A stretch of 64,000 bases of DNA from a candidate division WOR-3 bacterium (GTDB lineage Bacteria; Hydrothermota; Hydrothermia; UBA1063; CAJXJZ01). The DNA lies in the NCBI GenBank assembly GCA_026986775.1, contig JALSNX010000030.1:79483-143482 (forward strand). The letters run 5' to 3'. The notes below the pieces were generated by a model. It did not search any database. It had not been told where the DNA came from and worked only from the letters and a program-made list of their open reading frames with translations. Below, piece after piece: positions 1 to 9,399 of this stretch. How positions within the stretch are numbered: position 1 is the stretch's first letter; each line of letters starts with the position of its first letter. Both the position numbers and the translations under genes were made by a program.

Positions 1-88
1 CTCCAGGTTAAGGTATAAGTATCAAAACTGTATTTTTGATTATATGTAATTATCTGTGATATCATTAAGTGGCCCCCAAATAGATTAA

Positions 89-2077
89 TCATGGCTTTGT
101 CCTCCTGCCAAACATTACATATAGATATTGAAACTTACTGAAGGTTTTGTCCTTACCTTTTTGGATGGGAATACCTTCTCTTTTGTTTTTACCTTTTTTA
201 GCAAGATAAACTGCAATGTCTCTGCTTAAAGCTTTTATAGTAATGTCAGGGCATTCACTGGTTTTACAGTGTATCGTAACGATAGGTTTACCTTCTCTAT
301 AATATCTTTTGAGAGAATCACATTTTAAATAAATAGTGGCCGAACTTAACATCCTATCAGAAACAAGAATGGGGCCAATTTTGCCTGAAACCTGCATTTT
401 GTAATATGCCCTGAACTTTAAACCATTTATCACTTTAATCTCAAAATCATAAGCATTCCCATGTGTATGAGAAATTTTACACAATCCTGCTTGATAAACT
501 TTATTCTTCGCTTTTCTCTCTACATCTTCCTGTGGCTTTCTTTTATCCTCTCTATAAGAAGGTTTTTTATCATTTCTTGTGTCTGGCTTTTGCTTGCGTT
601 TCTTTATTTCCTTTTCGTTTTTTGTCCTTTTCTTACGCTCTCTGTTTTTTGATTGAGGCTTTCTCTTACTTTTTTGCTCTTCTATTAAACTATTTATTAT
701 CTTTAGTAAGTGGTCCCTATCCAATACCTTTACATTTCGGGATGTTCCATTAACATCAATGTAGAGTTGCCCTGTGTTAACAGGGTAAAAGTAATATGAA
801 TATAAATCTACACTATCTTTTATGTTAAAAATGAGTTCTTTTCTCAAATACCTGAGTGTTTTCACTCCCGTTAAATCTTTTTTTGTTAATTTCTCTATAT
901 TTGATTTAATCAAGGTATCAATCAATACCGTATCGTTGTCCTTTAAGTACAACTCTCCAACTTTTAAGTTTTTCAAAAACATTATGCTATATGTATCAGG
1001 TCTTAAAGTTACTGTTTTTCCATAACTTATCTTATATTCGTTTTCACGATTCCTTAAATAGATGATATGCGAGAGTATTTTATCTTTTACCCGGACAGTG
1101 GCTGTTGGGGTGGATGTTTTGGAATAAAGATAAAGAAATAGACCTGCCCCCAGAGTAAGTAAGAGAAACAGGGATACGAAAATAAGTTTGTTCTGGTGCT
1201 TTTCTTTTTTTCTGATATACTTTTGAGTGTATGAATTTACCACTTTATCCTCTTTGAATAAGGCATCGTTAACTTTCAAAAGTATATAGGTATTGTTATC
1301 ATCACAGAGATTATCACGAATGGCATTGTCAAGATGTCCATTGAGTGTGGTTGCTACTTCTTTAAGGTTGTTTGAGTTTTCAAAAATGTTAAATAAAATG
1401 CTATGGCTAAGAAAACTCTCCCAAACACCATCTGTGCATAGTAGTATAATGTCACTTTCATTTAATAGCACAGTTCTAATGGGGGGAGAAAAATCACTCT
1501 GGGAAGCATGAAGTGAATGTTGAAGTTGGTTCTTCGCTGGATGCTGAGAAAGCTGGTCAAGGGAGAGAAGTTTCTGAGCATAGAGTTGCCATACGAGACT
1601 GTGGTCTTCTGTTAAAAGCCATAATTTTCTCTCCTTTTCAGGCAATTCTTCAGGAAGGGGAATTGCTTTATCTAACCTGTGTAATGATGGGGTAAATACA
1701 TATATTCTGGAGTCTCCTATCCATGTATAAGTAAAACTAAATTTTCCCCCTATCCCTTTCTCCAATACTCCTGCTACAACAGTGCTTCCCATATCTACAC
1801 CTGTTTCCTTGATCTTCTTAGCCGCATATTGTATACCAGTTTTTAATATTTGCTTTGCACTAAATTTTGAGGAATACTCATTGAATACTTCGTTAAGGGA
1901 TTGAACAACTATTTTACTGGCAATATCACCCTTTGAATGTCCCCCCATTCCGTCTGCAACAACAACTAATAATTTATTACCCTTTATGGATACTCCGTAT
2001 GCATCCTCTTGATACTTACGAGGACCTCTGTGATGCCTAAAATAAATGAACTTCTCCTCATTGTTACTAACTTTCAT
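89..2077 (-). CDS. PP2C-family Ser/Thr protein phosphatase, membrane-anchored, with a K/R/E-rich linker and an uncharacterized C-terminal domain
   Basis: The N-terminus carries PP2C motifs (QEDAYGV, VVVADGMGGH, ILLCTDGVWE). A transmembrane helix LIFVSLFLLLTLGAGLFLYLY follows, then a long lysine/arginine-rich low-complexity stretch and a ~150-aa C-terminal domain of unknown type. The ORF track begins at a TTG (2086). I chose the in-frame ATG at 2077, which is preceded by GAGG. It is the last gene of a minus-strand operon. Confidence 0.8.
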   Translation of the reverse strand: MKVSNNEEKFIYFRHHRGPRKYQEDAYGVSIKGNKLLVVVADGMGGHSKGDIASKIVVQSLNEVFNEYSSKFSAKQILKTGIQYAAKKIKETGVDMGSTVVAGVLEKGIGGKFSFTYTWIGDSRIYVFTPSLHRLDKAIPLPEELPEKERKLWLLTEDHSLVWQLYAQKLLSLDQLSQHPAKNQLQHSLHASQSDFSPPIRTVLLNESDIILLCTDGVWESFLSHSILFNIFENSNNLKEVATTLNGHLDNAIRDNLCDDNNTYILLKVNDALFKEDKVVNSYTQKYIRKKEKHQNKLIFVSLFLLLTLGAGLFLYLYSKTSTPTATVRVKDKILSHIIYLRNRENEYKISYGKTVTLRPDTYSIMFLKNLKVGELYLKDNDTVLIDTLIKSNIEKLTKKDLTGVKTLRYLRKELIFNIKDSVDLYSYYFYPVNTGQLYIDVNGTSRNVKVLDRDHLLKIINSLIEEQKSKRKPQSKNRERKKRTKNEKEIKKRKQKPDTRNDKKPSYREDKRKPQEDVERKAKNKVYQAGLCKISHTHGNAYDFEIKVINGLKFRAYYKMQVSGKIGPILVSDRMLSSATIYLKCDSLKRYYREGKPIVTIHCKTSECPDITIKALSRDIAVYLAKKGKNKREGIPIQKGKDKTFSKFQYLYVMFGRRTKP

Positions 2078-3515
2078 GCCCCACAACCTCTAATTTACCT
2101 TCAAATACCAGATGACCTTTTATCCTTTGGGAAAGAGATAGAATCGGATTTAAAACCTCTTTAAGTTTAGACGGAGTTACACGGATATTTACTAAATTAG
2201 CATGTGTTTGAACTGCCTCAACAAAGCTTGGCCCACTTATTTTACGCACTTTTTCTATAATCACAGCCTGTGGCAAGGTTATTATACCCCCAAATGGGCC
2301 GGGTATGTTCACGATTTTGCCTTCTTCGTATTCTATCATGGGAGCCACATAGGTGCTGTCTGTTTGAGGAAGCGGAAGTGGGATTTTAATCCTGAAAACT
2401 ACTTCATATTTTATCTTTTCTTGTTCTTGTTTCGCCTGTTGCTCTATAAGCATTGGCGATGTGTCTGTGGTTTTAGCATCTATTTGCATTTCGGACAAAG
2501 CATTCCTGAAATTATTTAAGAATTCCTCTGCATTTTTGTATCTTTCATCTATGTTAAGGGAAGTGGCTTTTTTGATAACTCTGGCTATAGGCTGTGGTAA
2601 ACCATACTTTCTTTCTGCTTGAGACACTATATCTGGAAAATTAATAGTTAATGGATTGATGCTTACTATATCCATGTAATTTTGCCAGTTCCATGTGCCA
2701 AGCCATATCTCAAATGTCAGTACTCCAAGAGAATAAATGTCAATACGTGGGTCTTTCCGATATTTTAACATATCCCGAAAATATACAGGATCAAGGTACC
2801 TGCTTGTCCCTACCAGTGAGGTTTTGCCAAAGGTTGTAGTAGTTCCCGTTGCAGATTTTGCGGTTCCGAAATCGGAAAGAACATAGTATATATTTTGCTC
2901 GCCTCTGTCCATTATGAGTATGTTTTTTAAACTCAAGTCTCTATAGACTGTGTTCATTGCATGAAGATACGAAAGGGTTTTTGCTACCTGTTTTATAATC
3001 TTAATTTTTTCTTCCACCGGGAAATTGTCCTTTCCATACTTTTGCATGAGTGCTTCAACATCGCCGTAAGCAAGTTCCATTATGTAATAGGGAAAAGTTC
3101 TCTCTTCTCCTCTGACTCTCATATGGAATTCACCATAGTCAACAATACCAACTATACCAGGATGTGAATATGAAGTTAAAATTTTTATCTCCTTTCTTAA
3201 CATCTCCTCAGATTTTTCCACTAAAGTATCATCAATAAAGGAAGCAAATTCTATCAAGGATGCAGCACTTATAGGCAACTTCAAAGCATACACACTCTGG
3301 TTTCTCGGCTCCTTAACTTTAAGAATGTAGGCGAACCCTCCCTTAGCTACTACGCCTTCTATCAAATACCTTCTATTTTTCAAAAAGATCTCTTCAAGTG
3401 GAATGTTCTTTATCCGATATAAAAAGTCTATATCTATCAGACTATTACTGCCACAATATGGGCATACTTCAAAAGTTCTGCTTATAAATCTAAAACATTT
3501 CGTGCACCTCTTCAT
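2067..3515 (-). CDS. Zn-ribbon plus divergent Ser/Thr protein kinase-like protein (possible pseudokinase or atypical kinase)
   Basis: N-terminal CxxC...CxxC zinc ribbon (CTKCF...CPYCG). The kinase fold is recognisable: Gly-rich loop AKGGFAYI, VYALKL lysine, DFG as SDFGTA. The catalytic loop reads VYRDLSLKN in place of HRDLKPEN (His to Tyr, Lys displaced). The start overlaps the upstream gene by ATGA. Confidence 0.7.
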   Translation of the reverse strand: MKRCTKCFRFISRTFEVCPYCGSNSLIDIDFLYRIKNIPLEEIFLKNRRYLIEGVVAKGGFAYILKVKEPRNQSVYALKLPISAASLIEFASFIDDTLVEKSEEMLRKEIKILTSYSHPGIVGIVDYGEFHMRVRGEERTFPYYIMELAYGDVEALMQKYGKDNFPVEEKIKIIKQVAKTLSYLHAMNTVYRDLSLKNILIMDRGEQNIYYVLSDFGTAKSATGTTTTFGKTSLVGTSRYLDPVYFRDMLKYRKDPRIDIYSLGVLTFEIWLGTWNWQNYMDIVSINPLTINFPDIVSQAERKYGLPQPIARVIKKATSLNIDERYKNAEEFLNNFRNALSEMQIDAKTTDTSPMLIEQQAKQEQEKIKYEVVFRIKIPLPLPQTDSTYVAPMIEYEEGKIVNIPGPFGGIITLPQAVIIEKVRKISGPSFVEAVQTHANLVNIRVTPSKLKEVLNPILSLSQRIKGHLVFEGKLEVVGHES

Positions 3516-4885
3516 GATAGTTCATCCTTTTTAAAGTATTTTTCTATTAAAAATACTGTGCTTCCTGTGGATAGGTATCCTCCTGCATCCAGAAGCACCT
3601 GTCTTTTACCTATGACAATGTTGTTATAGCGGGAAAGATTTCTCGGGAGGTGGCCGTTTACATCATCAGTAAAATATATATCGGTGGATTTCTTTATTAA
3701 TTTCCCGTGTATAGAAGACATCCATGGATCATTAGAAAACATTATATTTCCCTCTTTTCTTCCCACAATTAATTCCCAATTTGTTGTCCTCTTTACATCA
3801 ATAAGTATAGTTGTATGGCTGAACAGCTGAGATATACCAGGATACCTTACCACCTTAACTCCATCAGGTAGATTACTGGTTTTAACCTCATTTGCTAAAG
3901 TAATTATATGTAGCGCAACGTATTTAAATGGGCTTCCACAATGCTGGCAAAAATTCGCTGGAGGGTCTGTGGTTTTTCCACAATCCAGGCAAGTATAAGG
4001 TCCTTCTTCCACAAGCGGTGTTATGTGTTTAATTGATATACTGGATTCTGGTTTTTTCCCTAATTGTGGGCAATACTTTTGAATTAGAGTTTCGGCGAAA
4101 GGCCTTTCGTCCGGGAAAAAAGTGGTTGCTTCTATTACCAGGTCCCTTATATTCTTCGGTGATATTTTTTTGTACCAGTTCTCAAGAACTTTACTACCCT
4201 TATTGAGATATTCTGCTTTTATTGACTTATTGCACCCTGAAAAAGGCATTTCTCCTGTTACTATTACACCTATTGTCAATCCCATACTGAAAACATCGTG
4301 TAGTTTTTTCATGTTCTTTACCTGTTCTCTCGGTGAACTTCCACGAATCTTTGAGAGACGGGCACCCGCCTGCGCCGACAAATCAAACATGGGGAAGTAT
4401 TCAGGTGGCATATAACATTCCGTTCCTGCAAATGACAACCCAGTTTGACTGTCTCGCCATGAAGCCACCCCAAAATCAAGTAAAATCGGTATATTATTTT
4501 TTACCCTTATGTTTTCAGGCTTTATATCCCTGTGCACAATCCCTATACTATGTAATTGTGAAACCGCATCAACAATCCTTGCTATGAAATCTATATCCTC
4601 CGTGTTCTTATAGTAAGCAATAGGGTCATCAGGAAGGTATTCCATTACATATGCTTTTTGATCAAACATTATTTCTTTTATGTCAACAAGATACGGTATT
4701 TTATACTTCTTTCTTATCTCATTTAGTTTTGCAGCCTCTTTGAAGAATCTTTCAAGTATATACTCCCGGGTTTCCTTTGAAACTTTAATGGCATATTTTT
4801 GCCCTTCATGCTCACCAAGATACACGATTCCAAATCCCCCTGTCCCAAGAGTAGTCAATATCCTATATTTTCCTATCTTCTTCAT
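3512..4885 (-). CDS. Ser/Thr protein kinase with internal Zn ribbon and C-terminal FHA domain
   Basis: Canonical Hanks kinase motifs GTGGFGIVY, AIKV, HRDIKPEN, DFGVA and GTECYMPPE. A CLDCG...CQHCG zinc ribbon follows. The C-terminal FHA-like block has GRKEGNIMF...SSIHGKL. ATG start. The stop overlaps the downstream gene (ATGA). Confidence 0.85.
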   Translation of the reverse strand: MKKIGKYRILTTLGTGGFGIVYLGEHEGQKYAIKVSKETREYILERFFKEAAKLNEIRKKYKIPYLVDIKEIMFDQKAYVMEYLPDDPIAYYKNTEDIDFIARIVDAVSQLHSIGIVHRDIKPENIRVKNNIPILLDFGVASWRDSQTGLSFAGTECYMPPEYFPMFDLSAQAGARLSKIRGSSPREQVKNMKKLHDVFSMGLTIGVIVTGEMPFSGCNKSIKAEYLNKGSKVLENWYKKISPKNIRDLVIEATTFFPDERPFAETLIQKYCPQLGKKPESSISIKHITPLVEEGPYTCLDCGKTTDPPANFCQHCGSPFKYVALHIITLANEVKTSNLPDGVKVVRYPGISQLFSHTTILIDVKRTTNWELIVGRKEGNIMFSNDPWMSSIHGKLIKKSTDIYFTDDVNGHLPRNLSRYNNIVIGKRQVLLDAGGYLSTGSTVFLIEKYFKKDELS

Positions 4886-4893
4886 AGCACACT

Positions 4894-6897
4894 TTATTTT
4901 ATAATTTCTTCTGGTATCCTAAAACTAAGTCCATAGGTCTCATTTTCACTTCCACTAAACACTATACTTTGCTCTATAGCAACTACATTGAAGCAGGAAT
5001 CTCTAACGGATGGATTGACAATAAAGTCGGGAGAACCACTGTATCCGTGATATGTTTGTGCAAAAATTTTAACATAATCTATTTCAACATCAATAATTAA
5101 ACCTGCCGTGTGAGCTCTGGTCCAACTAGGATATCCAATAACACCTACAAAATCTCCTTCTTTAACGCTATTGGAGAGTTTAAATGGGGTTGCTACTTCC
5201 TTTGCTATTTTAGCTGGGAGTTTAAAATATGCCACGGAATCCGAATACTTTTTAAAGTCAATTCTATTAGAAAACTTCCATTCTGAAACACTTATCGGCA
5301 AGATTCGTTTCTTCACCAGTTCTTTACCTAATTCCTCTATATCTATGTCTTTTTGAAAACCCTTTGCTAACAAATCTTTTACATCTTCTGACAGGTCGGT
5401 TGGGTTATCTATATAAGTCCTGTTCAACCCTATAAAAGCAATGGCTTTGGTGTTGTCTATACCGCCAAGAACATGGGCTATTGTAATAGCATAAACTTCA
5501 CCCTTATTATTATAAGCAAAAAATCCCGTCCCAGCACTTTCCTTTATACTATCATCTTCCTGAAAAATTGTTACAATTGGAAAAACAGAAGGGATTGATT
5601 GAGTCTTTGTAAAATTATCAATATCTTTCACTATATCTCTTACCTCGTTTAATGCTTCTTTTGTTTCCCCCCTGTTACTCAATTCCTCCAGTTTCTGCTT
5701 CAATTTGTCAACCTCATTTTTTAATACCCTAATCCTTCTGTCTTTTCTACTACTCACTTGCTTCAATCTTTCAATTTCTTCCTTCTTTTTTGCTATTTCA
5801 TTCTTTACACTGTTTAAACTGTCCATGTAAGCCAGGTATGTATTTTTAAGATCGGCAATTTTGCTGTTTAAATTGGCTACATCTTTCCTATAAGAACTTA
5901 ATTTATTACTCCATGCAATAGCCTGAATCTGTGAAAACCCGCCAAAAGCAGGTATTCCAAGGAGTGCAATGACAACAAAAACCCTCATCGTGGTCTGGAG
6001 CTTTTTGTATTCGTTATGCATTAACTGGGCAGTTCTGGATACTGTTTTGGGATGGAAAATGGACTTCTTCTCAGACTCATATTCTATTTTAAAAGTGGGC
6101 CCAAATCCAGAAACAAGACTCAGTTCAGCATTATTTGGCAGTTGTGTGGCAGTAGTATAAGGTGTATTGTTAATGGCAAAAGCATACTTCTGAGCAATCG
6201 GTGTATAGAACAGAGAATTTCCAACAACCATTATCTTGCCATGTCTTCTGCTAACAACCCGCCAGTTGTCTCCCAGAACAACATCGGCCCAGTTTTTATC
6301 TCTTCCTATATTTATCTCAAATTTTTCAAATGTTTTCTCCTCCCCTTTCTGCCATTCCTGATTTACAGTATCATTTGGAATAATCTTAACCTTTACACTC
6401 ATTGCAGCCATGGAAATCGTTTTCATCAGAGATTGTGTTAATGCCTGACTTTCTGTCATGGGTTTTCCCTGTATGGTTGACCTTAATGATTTTTCCGAGC
6501 CAAGTTTGAAAATAGATGCCAGAAAAGCGAGTGCAAAAAACATTGTGGTATACAAAAGTCCAGCATAAGCATAAAGATGAGAGCCACCTTTCACAGCCAC
6601 AAGGAGTTCAGTTCCTAACAAGGCGGTTATTATGAAAAGGATGACACTTCTTATATACACGAGAGTTTTAGTCGTATGTAGAAAAAGGGTTATAAATATA
6701 ATTACAGATACCGCAATCACAATAATCCCATCAATTCTCGTAAATGCTCCTTGTGAAAATTCCTTAAGAAAGTCAAATACATTCTTCTCCGCTTGAAAAC
6801 CGTGGGAGAGAAACGCTATTAAAGACCCAGCAGGTATACGTGGCCAGTTTAAGAATAAACCAAAAAGAGCAATTAATACAAGAAACGCTGCCAGCAT
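4894..6897 (-). CDS. polytopic membrane protein with cytoplasmic FHA domain, coiled coil and C-terminal trypsin-like (S1) serine peptidase domain
   Basis: Four N-terminal hydrophobic helices. FHA signature INIGRDKNWADVVLGDNWRVVSRRHGKI. A further TM helix (VFVVIALLGIPAFGGF), then a K/E-rich coiled coil. The C-terminus has His (ITIAHVLGG) and Ser (HGYSGSP) motifs resembling TAAHC / GDSGGP of S1 proteases. It is one nucleotide from the upstream gene's stop. Confidence 0.6.
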   Translation of the reverse strand: MLAAFLVLIALFGLFLNWPRIPAGSLIAFLSHGFQAEKNVFDFLKEFSQGAFTRIDGIIVIAVSVIIFITLFLHTTKTLVYIRSVILFIITALLGTELLVAVKGGSHLYAYAGLLYTTMFFALAFLASIFKLGSEKSLRSTIQGKPMTESQALTQSLMKTISMAAMSVKVKIIPNDTVNQEWQKGEEKTFEKFEINIGRDKNWADVVLGDNWRVVSRRHGKIMVVGNSLFYTPIAQKYAFAINNTPYTTATQLPNNAELSLVSGFGPTFKIEYESEKKSIFHPKTVSRTAQLMHNEYKKLQTTMRVFVVIALLGIPAFGGFSQIQAIAWSNKLSSYRKDVANLNSKIADLKNTYLAYMDSLNSVKNEIAKKKEEIERLKQVSSRKDRRIRVLKNEVDKLKQKLEELSNRGETKEALNEVRDIVKDIDNFTKTQSIPSVFPIVTIFQEDDSIKESAGTGFFAYNNKGEVYAITIAHVLGGIDNTKAIAFIGLNRTYIDNPTDLSEDVKDLLAKGFQKDIDIEELGKELVKKRILPISVSEWKFSNRIDFKKYSDSVAYFKLPAKIAKEVATPFKLSNSVKEGDFVGVIGYPSWTRAHTAGLIIDVEIDYVKIFAQTYHGYSGSPDFIVNPSVRDSCFNVVAIEQSIVFSGSENETYGLSFRIPEEIIK

Positions 6898-6898
6898 T

Positions 6899-7900
6899 TT
6901 ATTCCTCCTGTATTGTTTTTATATGCAGTTTTGCTTCAACAGGAACTCCATTTTTCTTCACAATCCTAATGATGGTGTTATTATCAAGAATCACGGGGTC
7001 TTCCTTTATCTCAACGTAAAAGCTCTTCCCACTTAAAGGAACCAGATACCATGAACCATTGGTTAAAGGCTGAACTTTTAAATGATGTTTTGAAACTCCA
7101 CTTTGAGCAAGTATCAATTCTTCAATTTGCAATAGTTCCATAAGAGTCTCTCTACCCAGAATAAATTCCCAATTTACCGTTAATATATCGTTTTTCCCCG
7201 GCATGTTTAATACCCTTATTCGTGGTTTCCCGGTGGTGAAAATATTAAATACATCTTCACCAGGACCGGCCATTACCGTTTTAATCTCATTAGTCTCTTG
7301 CATCATATCTTTGTGTTCTGCTGAACCAAGTAGCTGAAACCCCACTGCTCCAAGATAAAACTCTGTTCCACTCAAAACAATAAGTCCTTTATTGTATTTG
7401 ACAAAGAGTTTACCCTCCGTTTGAGAACTGATTTTTCTAATCATTACCTTTGGATAAAGTGTAGAGTTGTATACCATAAAGGCAAAACCCTCAAATGCTC
7501 CCACACCAGCAAAAAACGGCTCGCACTTTTTAAGTAATACATTCCCTTCAAGATTATCGTAATTAGATGACTGCCACTCAAACTCAATTTTCATTGACGA
7601 TTTTTCTTCTGTTTCATAACTTCTCACTTCCTCTATTTGTTGTTGAGCAGGCATCAGTGGAAACCCACAGAACTTGCAGAAACTTGCTTCAGGGGGATTC
7701 TCTTTTCCACATTTTGGACATTTAATTCCCTTCCCACCAATATTAGATAACTTTTTATGCCTTATTCCCTCTTCCACAGACACTGACAGAGATGTTTCAG
7801 CAGGAAATTCATATCCACAGACAGGGCACTTATCCAGGCCCTCTTTTACGAATGACCCACATTGTGGACACCTTCTTCCCAAAAGAGTTGATCCTTCCAT
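6899..7900 (-). CDS. double zinc-ribbon protein with C-terminal FHA-like domain
   Basis: Two CxxC-N-CxxC ribbons (CPQCG...CPVCG; CPKCG...CKFCG). A divergent FHA-like C-terminus has ILGRE...VSKHHLKV...NNTIIRI. A strong RBS (GGAGG) sits 6 nt before the ATG. Confidence 0.55.
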   Translation of the reverse strand: MEGSTLLGRRCPQCGSFVKEGLDKCPVCGYEFPAETSLSVSVEEGIRHKKLSNIGGKGIKCPKCGKENPPEASFCKFCGFPLMPAQQQIEEVRSYETEEKSSMKIEFEWQSSNYDNLEGNVLLKKCEPFFAGVGAFEGFAFMVYNSTLYPKVMIRKISSQTEGKLFVKYNKGLIVLSGTEFYLGAVGFQLLGSAEHKDMMQETNEIKTVMAGPGEDVFNIFTTGKPRIRVLNMPGKNDILTVNWEFILGRETLMELLQIEELILAQSGVSKHHLKVQPLTNGSWYLVPLSGKSFYVEIKEDPVILDNNTIIRIVKKNGVPVEAKLHIKTIQEE

Positions 7901-7914
7901 GTTTACCTCCTCTT

Positions 7915-9159
7915 CTATTTTTTATTTAATAATGCAATTGCAAAAACATCGTTTTTCTGGCGAGCAATGTCCAGTGGACTCTTGCCATATTTGTTTTTTA
8001 TATTAGGTTTTGCTCCAGCCAAAATGAGCTTCTTTATAATGTCATAATTACCCTGTAAAACAGCATAGTGCAGTGGTGTGTTTCCATCCATATCTGCAAT
8101 ATTCGGGTCTGCTCCGTTTAAAAGTAGTGCTTTCACAGAATACCCAGAGCCGTGCAAAGAAGCAATATGCAGTCCCGTTCTCCCATATTTATCTTTCCAC
8201 GCCACATCAAAATCATTTATCAAGTGAGAGACTTTATCTGTATCATCATCAAAGAAAGAAGAAAACAAAGGAACCCAGGCATATTCATTTTTTACCGTAG
8301 AATCACTGTGATAAAGTATAAAATCAACACTCCAGTAATGCCTGTGTTTCCATGCATAATCTATGGGGGAAAGACCATTACTATCCCTTTTACACTCAGG
8401 ATTAAACTGTAAAATCTTAATTAAAAAGGATGAATCTTCCTGCATTGCTGCATAATGCAGTGCTGTTTTTCCATATCTATCCCCATTATTTATAGCGTCG
8501 CTAATACCCTTAAACTTCTTTAACATATAAACAAAAATTGGGTAATCACCCATTTTTATACTTAACATAAATGGAGTCATACCAACATCATTAGAAATAC
8601 TCACAGACGCTCCATTTTCCATAAGTAACACAGCCAAATCATCTCTTTTATTTCTTATGGCCATATACAGCGGTGTATAGCCTTCCAGATTGAATGTGTC
8701 CCAGTTAAACTTACTCACTGAGGATAGAAATACCAAGACACCACGAAAATTTCCGGCATCCACCATAGTATGGAGCACATTATTACCATAGGTATCTTTC
8801 AGGGTAAAATCAGCACCATTATTCAGAAGGTATATAAAGACATTGATAAGGTTAGAGTCCTTTGCTGCATAAAACAATGGTGTCTGATTGTTTTTATCAG
8901 TGATATTGATATCTGCTCCACGCTTAATAAGAAAATCTACAACTCTGATATTTCCGCATTTAACTGCAACATGAAGCAGTGAAGGATTAAAATACCCATT
9001 ATAAAAACTGAACTTGTAATCAGGTCCAACAACATACAGAAAACTGTCAAGGACTGAAATATTACCCTCTGTTATTGACGAATATAACACTCTTTCTTCT
9101 TCTCTGTCACCAAGAGAATTTCCCTCAAGTAGGGCAAGAAAAAGTATTAAAACCAGCAT
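7915..9159 (-). CDS. secreted ankyrin-repeat protein
   Basis: N-terminal signal-like peptide MLVLILFLALLEGNSLG. It contains at least 8 ankyrin repeats (e.g. GNTPLHYAVLQGNYDIIKKLILAGAKPN, GRTGLHIASLHGSGYSVKALLLNGADPN). AGGAGG RBS. It ends 14 nt before the next minus-strand gene, so it is probably co-transcribed with the FHA/kinase/PP2C genes. Confidence 0.85.
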   Translation of the reverse strand: MLVLILFLALLEGNSLGDREEERVLYSSITEGNISVLDSFLYVVGPDYKFSFYNGYFNPSLLHVAVKCGNIRVVDFLIKRGADINITDKNNQTPLFYAAKDSNLINVFIYLLNNGADFTLKDTYGNNVLHTMVDAGNFRGVLVFLSSVSKFNWDTFNLEGYTPLYMAIRNKRDDLAVLLMENGASVSISNDVGMTPFMLSIKMGDYPIFVYMLKKFKGISDAINNGDRYGKTALHYAAMQEDSSFLIKILQFNPECKRDSNGLSPIDYAWKHRHYWSVDFILYHSDSTVKNEYAWVPLFSSFFDDDTDKVSHLINDFDVAWKDKYGRTGLHIASLHGSGYSVKALLLNGADPNIADMDGNTPLHYAVLQGNYDIIKKLILAGAKPNIKNKYGKSPLDIARQKNDVFAIALLNKK

Positions 9160-9270
9160 CTACTGCACGCCTCCTTCTGAATTTTTGCCCCATTAAATAC
9201 TGGCAATTTAAATGCCAAAGGCTCACATCGCTTAAATACACACATTTCCATACATATCTCCCTCTTAAAC

Positions 9271-9304
9271 TTTCATTTTGAATTTTGAAATTTCATTTTG
9301 AAAT
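9271..9304 (-). promoter_or_regulatory. tandem TTTCA-N3-TGAAA inverted-repeat element about 110 nt upstream of the ankyrin gene start
   Basis: The sequence tttcattttgaattttgaaatttcattttgaaa contains two TTTCATTTTGAA units and an overlapping TGAAATTTCA palindrome. A near-identical element lies at 11878-11911, upstream of the second ankyrin gene. Confidence 0.4.
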
Positions 9305-9358
9305 CCCGAAGGTGACATAAAAAGTAATTGTTCCAATCTTTAATAGATAATATAGATA

Positions 9359-9394
9359 AAGAGCCCCTTCGTTACAATGAAGGGGCTCTTTTTG
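9359..9394 (-). terminator. GC-rich hairpin immediately after the stop of the lipoprotein gene (bidirectional intrinsic terminator candidate)
   Basis: agagcccctt...aaggggctct forms a 10-bp stem. The plus strand has TTTTT. The minus strand has TTTATCTATATT. It is followed by the promoter region of the ankyrin operon. Confidence 0.55.
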
Positions 9395-9399
9395 AAGTA

